Positions 1 through 5,978 of a stretch of 32,013 nt of DNA are shown here, in pieces. The translations under genes and the position numbers were made by a program. The notes below the pieces were generated by a model. That model saw only the letters and a list, made by a program, of their open reading frames with translations, searched no databases and was not told where the DNA came from. Positions within the stretch are counted from its first letter, which is position 1; every line of letters begins with the position of its first letter. Origin of the DNA: Pseudomonadota bacterium (GTDB lineage: Bacteria > Bdellovibrionota_B > Oligoflexia > Oligoflexales > CAIYRB01); assembly GCA_043750715.1 (NCBI GenBank), contig JAYVBB010000524.1:1-32013 (forward strand), read 5' to 3'.

Positions 1-36
1 AGAATTCGACTCCCTCCAAGCCAAGGAGAAGGGGAA

Positions 37-282
37 GTGAGCCTCTGGCGCAAGATCTTCGGCGAGCCCCATCGCTGCCGAATTTGCAAAGACACCGGGC
101 TCCAGTCAGACGGCTACGCCGTTCGTCCTTGTGCGAATTGTCGAGACCTGGAGCAAGAGTTTCAGAAAGCCGCCAAGAAATTCATGCGCTGCGAGTGCAA
201 GCCATTCCACTTGAGCGAGAAGGGCTTCGAAGGATGGATAAGCTGCGATACCTGCGGGATCGTCTGGGGGAGAAGTCCATGA
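37..282 (+). CDS. hypothetical Cys-rich zinc-finger-like protein (81 aa)
   Basis: GTG start preceded by AAGGAGAAGGGGAA. G/C-rich third positions. Motifs CRIC, CANC, CEC and CDTC. Confidence 0.6.
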   Translation: MSLWRKIFGEPHRCRICKDTGLQSDGYAVRPCANCRDLEQEFQKAAKKFMRCECKPFHLSEKGFEGWISCDTCGIVWGRSP

Positions 283-334
283 CGCACCCTCCTCCAACTC
301 CCAGGAAGCTGCGAGCCGAATAAGCCTTGAGTCT

Positions 335-646
335 CTACTCGTCAGTCAATTTAGCATCGGTCTCGCTCATCAGATATTCCCAGCAGCTCTTTCCGCCACC
401 GAACAGTGGGAAGAAGAGCACGATGCGGTATTTGAATACGTCTTTCCAGACAGCGAACGGCTTGGCCTGGTTGAAAGCACAGAGGATGAAGCCAGCCGGG
501 AAGGCCAGAAGCTGCATCATTAGATAGGCAGCGGCAAAGACCTGGACGAAAATTCCGAGAATGCGCACGTAGTCGATCGCGATGAGCAGAAAGAGCGGAA
601 CGACGGTGTGCGGGAAGAAGAGAGATTTCAGCTTCTCGTATTTCAC
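335..646 (-). CDS. small integral membrane protein (103 aa, about 3 hydrophobic helices)
   Basis: GTG start in a GTGA overlap with the stop of the upstream gene 643..999. Strongly hydrophobic sequence. Confidence 0.6.
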   Translation of the reverse strand: MKYEKLKSLFFPHTVVPLFLLIAIDYVRILGIFVQVFAAAYLMMQLLAFPAGFILCAFNQAKPFAVWKDVFKYRIVLFFPLFGGGKSCWEYLMSETDAKLTDE

Positions 647-999
647 TCGGTGGTCTCCGGTGGGAATTCTTCGTCGCCAGGTGGTGGAGCTTCCATTGTA
701 GCCTCAGGCGTGGCTGTTTCGCCATGCTCCGTGGCGGGTTCGCCAGGGGCATCTGGATTCGGTGAGGGTTCACCGGGCGCGGGCTCGACCAGGCCCCATT
801 CACAAAGGATCTCGCCAAGAACGTCGGTCACCTTCTCCCACAGCTCGGGATCGAAGCCCTCAGCGGTGACGGGGATACCGAACTCCTTGACATCCTTCGT
901 CCTCGGGTTCGTGATCCGGATCACGACGTCGCGGCGTCGGGCTGGAGCAGACTTCGACTCACCTTTCGGGAACAGCGCCTGTTTCAGGGTCATCACCAT
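643..999 (-). CDS. hypothetical protein with Pro/Glu-rich acidic C-terminus
   Basis: ATG at 999 preceded by AGGAG with a 6-nt spacer. The antisense ORF 608..1048 looks compositionally like a shadow ORF. Confidence 0.6.
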   Translation of the reverse strand: MVMTLKQALFPKGESKSAPARRRDVVIRITNPRTKDVKEFGIPVTAEGFDPELWEKVTDVLGEILCEWGLVEPAPGEPSPNPDAPGEPATEHGETATPEATMEAPPPGDEEFPPETTE

Positions 1000-1008
1000 G
1001 GCGCACTC

Positions 1009-1254
1009 CTATTTGCCGTCGCGTTCGAAGATCGCTTGGCGTGCGTAAACGACCGCGTCCAGCAGCTCCTGGTATAGATCGATCAGGACGTCGCGCCCAT
1101 TGTGCGGTTGGAGCGGCACGCCATATTTTCTGCGGCCCTCTTTGTCGCGAGCACTCATGTCGGCGACGACAAGATCCCAGACAGCAGGCAAATCGTTCGC
1201 CTTTGGCTTCGGCTGCTCGGTAACAAGCTTCGAGGTGCCGGTCGAATCGGGCAT
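1009..1254 (-). CDS. small conserved phage-type helical protein, function unknown
   Basis: ATG at 1254 preceded by AGAGGAA; the ORF could also start at GTG 1308. The motif RKYGVPLQPHNGRDVLIDLYQELLDAVVYARQ resembles a family I recall from other phages, but I cannot name it reliably. Confidence 0.55.
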   Translation of the reverse strand: MPDSTGTSKLVTEQPKPKANDLPAVWDLVVADMSARDKEGRRKYGVPLQPHNGRDVLIDLYQELLDAVVYARQAIFERDGK

Positions 1255-1319
1255 GGATTCCTCTGGGGAAAAGCTGTGGATCGTCTGTTGATTTCTTATG
1301 AGTAACACGTTCTGAGATC

Positions 1320-1337
1320 ACTTTCGACGTCGAAAGT
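1320..1337. repeat. 18-bp perfect palindrome ACTTTCGACGTCGAAAGT, copy 1, with adjacent half copy ACTTTCGACG at 1339-1348
   Basis: Exact match read directly. Lies between the stop of 1337..1855(-) and the start of 1009..1254(-). Confidence 0.95.
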
Positions 1338-1855
1338 CACTTTCGACGCAGGTGTGACGGGATCACTGGCGCGTACCTTTTGACCTGGAAGCCAGGCGGA
1401 ATCTCTGCGGTCTGCATCTTCGGTCGGAGCGGTGCCTCAGACAGCATGACAACAGTGACTGGGCCCACCCAGGATCTATGAATGCTCTCAAACATCAACC
1501 ACTGCTTGTCGGTCAGCATCTTCGATCCAGCCAGATCGATAATGGTCTCGGCGGCCTCTGGTGGGCACTGTCGTGCCACTTCCCGGCAGACCTCGCGCCA
1601 GTTCAAAGGCGTCCAGCGATGGTCCATCCTCGGAATTTCCTGTTGCCGAAGAGCATCAGCTCTTCTTTTTTCCTCGCGAAAAGCTTGAGCGTCCACGTCG
1701 TGCTCTCCCTTTCTTTGCTTGCGCATGCGAAGTTTCTGTCTCTTGCGGCACTGGTAATAACGACCATTCCGATACCAGTGCTTCGAGTCTGTGGCAAATT
1801 CGCCACGGCAAAATTTACAGTGTTTGACTTTCATTGGCGGGTTGTTACCACCCAT
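1337..1855 (-). CDS. hypothetical protein with N-terminal zinc-ribbon-like CxxC motif and a basic region
   Basis: 172-aa ORF containing CKFC...C and KRQKLRMRKQRK. An alternative ATG lies at 1834. First gene of the leftward block. Its stop abuts palindrome copy 1. Confidence 0.55.
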   Translation of the reverse strand: MGGNNPPMKVKHCKFCRGEFATDSKHWYRNGRYYQCRKRQKLRMRKQRKGEHDVDAQAFREEKRRADALRQQEIPRMDHRWTPLNWREVCREVARQCPPEAAETIIDLAGSKMLTDKQWLMFESIHRSWVGPVTVVMLSEAPLRPKMQTAEIPPGFQVKRYAPVIPSHLRRK

Positions 1856-2222
1856 TTTTGTGAACGGTCAAATTTTTTGAGTCGTCAAAAACGGGTGTGT
1901 ATCTTTTTATTTTCCAAAGAGAAAAAAACTTCTTCTTGACAGGAAATGACGGGGAAGGCAATTTCGGCCTTCCCTCGCGTGCCTGCACGACAATTAACGG
2001 AACCTGAAACGGAACGCAAATTTAACTCAGATAAAAAAGAAAGATAATGGGGCGGAGCGAAGCGAACGCCCTGAAGCGAAGCCGCCAGGCGTAGCGACGA
2101 TAAGGATCGAAGCTTGCACCTCAAGAAAACATCCAACAAAATAATGAATAACTATATTTATTCTAAATCAGAGTTAACGCGGCCCACCGACGCAAAGATT
2201 AGTCCTCCTCTCGATCCTTACG

Positions 2223-2329
2223 GCAGAGAGTAAACCTCGCTACGCTCGGCCCTTCGGGCTAGTTTACTCTCTGCGAGGGGAACTTCGTTCCCCCAAAATC
2301 TTCTGCGAAGAGACCACCGCAGGAAGATT
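2223..2329 (+). ncRNA. candidate structured RNA or 5' leader (three consecutive stable hairpins)
   Basis: 13-bp stem 2223-2235/2262-2274 enclosing a GC mini-hairpin with a TTCG loop. 7-bp stem GGGGAAC/GTTCCCC at 2277-2293. 11-bp bulged stem 2297-2307/2318-2329. UUCG-type loops are only present if transcribed from the + strand. Confidence 0.3.
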
Positions 2330-2373
2330 GAAGATAGAACACGGCAGCAGAATGGAGTAGAAAGGCGACGTCC

Positions 2374-2391
2374 ACTTTCGACGTCGAAAGT
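2374..2391. repeat. 18-bp palindrome copy 2, overlapping an imperfect inside-out version at 2360-2379
   Basis: Exact match. Lies 38 bp upstream of the GTG at 2429. Confidence 0.95.
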
Positions 2392-2428
2392 CTCGCCATG
2401 CACGCCACCAAAATCCAAGAGGCGACAC

Positions 2429-2806
2429 GTGTCCCTAAAGAACGACCGACTAAGTCGGCTCGAAAGCCTATTTCGTCAGGGTGCCGCCACCACAGCGAAT
2501 GAGATGACCATCCTCGTCCAGTCAGGCGACGACATGATGCCGGGCGACGAGGTCTACGATAACGATTTCGAGAAATGGGAGCTGATCCAAAAACCCACAG
2601 GGTCCGTGAGAGAGTTCGATGTCGTAAGACGTAAAGTGTTCGATCCGATGGTGCTGCTGAAAACGATCTGCGAGGTCTATGATCTGGCCGACCGCGACTT
2701 CAAAGGCGGCGAGGGTCCGTGGTGGTCGTCGATGGACGTCTTTGTCAGCGAGGCAAAGCGGCGATTGGGGCAGAAAACGTTAGAACTCTATTCGAGGGAA
2801 GAATGA
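2429..2806 (+). CDS. hypothetical protein (125 aa)
   Basis: GTG start with AAGAGG 6 nt upstream. First gene of the rightward block. Confidence 0.6.
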   Translation: MSLKNDRLSRLESLFRQGAATTANEMTILVQSGDDMMPGDEVYDNDFEKWELIQKPTGSVREFDVVRRKVFDPMVLLKTICEVYDLADRDFKGGEGPWWSSMDVFVSEAKRRLGQKTLELYSREE

Positions 2807-3150
2807 TCAGGATCTACAAGTATGAGCTTCAGCTCACCGACGTGCAAAAATTGCTGATGCCGCAAGGCGCGGTGATCATTAAGGTGGGTGAGCAGAAGAA
2901 GATGCAGGAGGACAAGATGTACGGCGGGCAGTCGGTCCAGCCGGTCCTCTGCGCATGGGCGGTGGTAGACGATCAGCTCGAACCGATGCCGCACTCCGTG
3001 CGCGTTCTCGGAACGGGTCATCCGATCGACCAGAACGACGTCCTGGCCTACGACTACTTCGACACGACGATCATGAGCGACGGCTTCGTTTGGCACGTGT
3101 TCTTCGACAAGGACGCCCACACTGTGCATCGCGAAAGACTGGCGAAGTGA
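2803..3150 (+). CDS. conserved phage hypothetical protein (MIRIYKYELQLTDVQ... family)
   Basis: ATG in an ATGA overlap with the upstream stop. The N-terminus and the GTGHPI...FVWHVF pattern resemble a recurrent phage DUF. The ORF-track start at 2719 is probably too early. Confidence 0.6.
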   Translation: MIRIYKYELQLTDVQKLLMPQGAVIIKVGEQKKMQEDKMYGGQSVQPVLCAWAVVDDQLEPMPHSVRVLGTGHPIDQNDVLAYDYFDTTIMSDGFVWHVFFDKDAHTVHRERLAK

Positions 3151-3392
3151 GCGATCTCGAAGCCCGTTACCGCCACGCGCTCGCGACCGTCTGCGACGTC
3201 GTCGCCAAGATGCAGGAGGACACGCTGTCGCTTAAAAGCTGTGACTTCCTTCGCAAGGTCTGCCGCGAGGCGATGCCTGATCACCCGGCCTGGATGCAGC
3301 GGGCGAAACGGGTAAGCAAGGCCAAGAAGGGGATCACGCCGTTCATGGAGGCGCTGGACGAGGTGGAGGACTCCGGCCTGGATGAGCTATGA
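3147..3392 (+). CDS. hypothetical protein (81 aa)
   Basis: GTG in a GTGA overlap with the upstream stop. Good G/C3 bias. Confidence 0.5.
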   Translation: MSDLEARYRHALATVCDVVAKMQEDTLSLKSCDFLRKVCREAMPDHPAWMQRAKRVSKAKKGITPFMEALDEVEDSGLDEL

Positions 3393-3411
3393 GGTCGTAT
3401 AACTATACTAG

Positions 3412-3657
3412 ATGTTCATTTTGGGATTCATCATCGGGGTCGTGGGTGCGTCGGTCGCTTGGACGATCGCGTGCCTTTTGTCGTTTCATCGCTGGCTGAG
3501 GAAATATCATGTGGGTGACTGTTCTGGGTCCGGCTGGATCATGCAAACGTGCGGTCGTGGACGAACTGGTGAAAAAGGACGGCTTCCTATTCGAACGGGA
3601 GACGTTGGTTTTCTCCGACCGACCTACCGTCCAGCAGCAGGGTCGAGCGATTTGTGA
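3412..3657 (+). CDS. possible small membrane protein (N-terminal TM helix); tail overlaps the next gene out of frame
   Basis: The first ~33 codons are hydrophobic with G/C3 bias. The bias is lost after 3509, where the next gene starts. No obvious RBS. Confidence 0.35.
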   Translation: MFILGFIIGVVGASVAWTIACLLSFHRWLRKYHVGDCSGSGWIMQTCGRGRTGEKGRLPIRTGDVGFLRPTYRPAAGSSDL

Positions 3658-4108
3658 GCGCTGGAAGATGGCCATCTCGTTGACCAAGCGTCAGGAAGAA
3701 GCCGACTACCTGACCATCAGGAGCTTTTGGAATTCCGAGATCTACCTCGGTGCGATGCACGAGTGTCGGATGATCACCGAGGCTGAGTTCGAGACGCTTA
3801 CCGAGTTCTACCAGACGATGGTCAAAGCCGTCGCGCCACCTCATGCTGCGATCTATCTCAAAACGACGCCGATGCAGGCCCAGGCTCGGTGCGCACTCAC
3901 CGGCAATATGGTCAGCGACGAGTTCGAGGGCTGCGTCCGTCGCCGCTACGATGAGCACGTCGAGAAGATGAATCTCTCCGTTGTGAGGATCGAGAACGAC
4001 ACAGAGCAGTTCGAAAACGTGCTCGCTGAGGTACGCAGTGCGATGAACGATTTCCGCGCCTCGAACATCGGTCAGCCATCGGTCTGGAAACGGAGTTACT
4101 ACAAGTGA
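3509..4108 (+). CDS. deoxynucleoside kinase-fold protein with degenerate catalytic motifs
   Basis: RBS GAGGAA. Alignable by eye to the dNK family: LGPAGSCKR at the P-loop position, TIRS at the ERS position, and AIYLKTTPMQAQAR at the (I)IYLRxxPE position. Confidence 0.55.
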   Translation: MWVTVLGPAGSCKRAVVDELVKKDGFLFERETLVFSDRPTVQQQGRAICERWKMAISLTKRQEEADYLTIRSFWNSEIYLGAMHECRMITEAEFETLTEFYQTMVKAVAPPHAAIYLKTTPMQAQARCALTGNMVSDEFEGCVRRRYDEHVEKMNLSVVRIENDTEQFENVLAEVRSAMNDFRASNIGQPSVWKRSYYK

Positions 4109-4338
4109 TGTTCCAAAATACATCGGAGCTGAAACAGGCGGTACTCTTCTTCCGGCAGACGAAAGAAAACCTGACGACGTTCGCCAGGGTCACCGACGAT
4201 CTCGGCTTGTCGCGGTCCTTCGGCGTGTTCGGCCCACGAAGAATCAGAATCAAAAAGCTGAAGCGAGTGATGATGGCCACCGCCGAGTTCGAGATGAGCC
4301 AGGCGCTCCGTGCGGCCAAAATCGGAGAACCGACATGA
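4105..4338 (+). CDS. hypothetical protein (77 aa)
   Basis: GTG/ATG overlapping the upstream stop. Coupled to its neighbours. Confidence 0.5.
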   Translation: MMFQNTSELKQAVLFFRQTKENLTTFARVTDDLGLSRSFGVFGPRRIRIKKLKRVMMATAEFEMSQALRAAKIGEPT

Positions 4339-4712
4339 GTGAGTCGGAGGAGAAGGTTGAGTCGATGGCGGACGCCATGAAGCGAGCGAACAAGATGGCA
4401 GATGACACCGCTCAAGCGATCCGCGAGGTGGAAGCACAGTCGAGGTCCGAGTTGGTCGAACGTGCGGTTCTCGCGACCGCTCGCGACATCGTCAAAGGTG
4501 TGATCGAGCGGAACGCCGAGAGCATCAACGAAAATGCGATGAAGTGGATGCGCGATCTGATCCGCGAAGAGTTCGAGAAGATGGGCATGGTCGGGATCAT
4601 CCACGAGGAAGCCCACAAGTTCATCAGAGAGAAGAGCGAAGAGCTGGGAACGCCGTTCCTGCGTGCACTCGAAGCCAAAGAGTTGGAAGTGGAAAAACCA
4701 AAGGAGAAGTGA
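4335..4712 (+). CDS. hypothetical acidic helical protein (125 aa)
   Basis: ATGA overlap with the upstream gene. Glu/Lys-rich, predicted helical. Confidence 0.6.
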   Translation: MSESEEKVESMADAMKRANKMADDTAQAIREVEAQSRSELVERAVLATARDIVKGVIERNAESINENAMKWMRDLIREEFEKMGMVGIIHEEAHKFIREKSEELGTPFLRALEAKELEVEKPKEK

Positions 4713-4897
4713 TGAGTTTGCTGTCTATCGTTATCGCCCTGGCAATTACTGGTTTCTTGTGCTGGCTCGTACTCCAGATTCCGATGCCGCAGCCGGTCAG
4801 GAACGTGATCATTGGGGTCATGATTTTGTTTTTGGTCTTGTGGGTTCTCCAGGCACTCGGTGTCGTGACAGGATTGCCGCACTTGACACTGAAATAA
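4712..4897 (+). CDS. small two-helix membrane protein (61 aa)
   Basis: ATG overlapping the upstream TGA, with AAGGAG upstream. Sequence MSLLSIVIALAITGFLCWLV...VIIGVMILFLVLWVLQALG. The ORF-track start at 4544 is too early. Confidence 0.65.
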   Translation: MSLLSIVIALAITGFLCWLVLQIPMPQPVRNVIIGVMILFLVLWVLQALGVVTGLPHLTLK

Positions 4898-4909
4898 CGG
4901 AGCCGGACG

Positions 4910-5149
4910 ATGAGCGGTTGGTGTGTGAAAGAGATGTTCATGGACGTTGATCAGTCTGAGATCTCGTTTTTGAACAGGGCGCTGAAGGCTCATCGCGAAG
5001 GCTTCGAAGATCTAGACCTAACCGGGGCTCTCCCCCGCGATGAGAGGAATGATGAAAACGAGGATCAAAGACTGGGTCAACATCAAGACCTGGCGCGAGT
5101 TCTACAGCTTCCAGGTTTTCATCGACCGCAAGTGGTGCCTACTCACTGA
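4910..5149 (+). CDS. hypothetical protein; C-terminal tail overlaps the next gene
   Basis: GGAG 8 nt upstream of the ATG. G/C3 bias holds to about 5040, then is lost. Confidence 0.4.
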   Translation: MSGWCVKEMFMDVDQSEISFLNRALKAHREGFEDLDLTGALPRDERNDENEDQRLGQHQDLARVLQLPGFHRPQVVPTH

Positions 5150-5288
5150 CGGCAAAACCCTCGTCTCCTTCAAGACCGAGGAAGAACGTGACCGCGTACA
5201 AGTCCTTGTTCGCAAGGCCAAGACGGTCAAAGAGACCGCGAAGATCATCGAAGAGAATTTCCCGGAGAAGAGGAAGAAGAGAAAGTGA
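5040..5288 (+). CDS. hypothetical protein (about 80 aa)
   Basis: Strong G/C3 bias. Possible starts at 5040, 5049 or 5052, with GAGAGGAA nearby. Confidence 0.6.
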   Translation: MRGMMKTRIKDWVNIKTWREFYSFQVFIDRKWCLLTDGKTLVSFKTEEERDRVQVLVRKAKTVKETAKIIEENFPEKRKKRK

Positions 5289-5479
5289 AGCTAAAGCCCC
5301 ACGAGCACACCCATAGCCTCTACGTCCACTGTCTCGACTGCCACACGTTCGGCATTCCTGGCGAGAAAGAGACCGAGAATCCCGCCAATGCCGCTGAGTG
5401 CGGAAACTGCCGGTCCATGCGAACACTTGCACCTCATGTTGCCTGGCACAGCGCCCGCCAAGCGCACGCTGCCGGGTGA
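5285..5479 (+). CDS. small zinc-ribbon protein (CLDC...CGNC)
   Basis: GTG in a GTGA overlap with the upstream stop. Two CxxC pairs. Confidence 0.5.
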   Translation: MKLKPHEHTHSLYVHCLDCHTFGIPGEKETENPANAAECGNCRSMRTLAPHVAWHSARQAHAAG

Positions 5480-5801
5480 GAAGTGGCCGTCGAACGTGTG
5501 GCCGGACGAGACGAAGATCTTGGCCTGTGCCATGCTGACGTGTCGCCGGATCGGCATGGACCCCGAGATCATCATGCACGAGCAGATCCTGACGCCTGCC
5601 CGAAAAGGCTGGGGTCTTGGCGTGCCAAATTACAATGGAAATTGGGAGCCTCATGCAAAAAAAGCGCTTGGCTTTGCTCTGCCAGTAGAGGACTCTAGTT
5701 CCTCTCCCAGTTCAGACGACGCCGATTTTTATCCACCGCTCGACAGCGAAGAGATGCAAAAACGGCGTGGCTTCATCGACCTGCTCGACGAGATCAAATA
5801 A
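5388..5801 (+). CDS. hypothetical protein; start uncertain (5388 or ATG 5436)
   Basis: Coding bias is clear from about 5470 onward. The TAA stop at 5799-5801 overlaps an ATG at 5801 (TAATG). Confidence 0.5.
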   Translation: MPLSAETAGPCEHLHLMLPGTAPAKRTLPGEKWPSNVWPDETKILACAMLTCRRIGMDPEIIMHEQILTPARKGWGLGVPNYNGNWEPHAKKALGFALPVEDSSSSPSSDDADFYPPLDSEEMQKRRGFIDLLDEIK

Positions 5802-5978
5802 TGCCGTCAGCAACGGCAAAAGAGCAGGCAAGGGGCAGACGTTTACACTCACACTCATAATCATAGTTTTTACAGCATAGCTGATGGCCTTTTCTCGCCG
5901 AAGACGTGGGCGAAAGCCTATAAAGAGAAAGGCTTCAAGGCGGCGGCGCTGACCGACCACGGGACGCTGGCTGGCTCT

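Larger units (their letters stand above)
1856..2428. promoter_or_regulatory. 570-bp non-coding divergent control region between the leftward and rightward gene blocks
   Basis: No credible ORF. AT-rich tracts at about 1866-1930 and 2131-2170. TTGACA at 1936-1941. Direct repeats AACGGAAC at 1996-2003 and 2008-2015. GCGAAGC at 2057-2063 and 2076-2082. Hairpin stack at 2223-2329. Palindrome copy 2. Confidence 0.6.

Noticed and set aside
2218-2418. 66-aa minus-strand ORF inside the divergent control region.
   Set aside because: It has no RBS and poor codon bias. It spans the hairpin stack and palindrome copy 2, so the region is better explained as non-coding and structured.
2148-3407. Shared 9-mer ATAACTATA at 2148-2156 and 3399-3407, both in AT-rich intergenic spots, as a possible phage promoter motif.
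   Set aside because: There are only two occurrences, and matches between 9-mers are expected many times by chance in 32 kb. Other AT-rich gaps (25506-25582 and 29934-29994) do not carry it.
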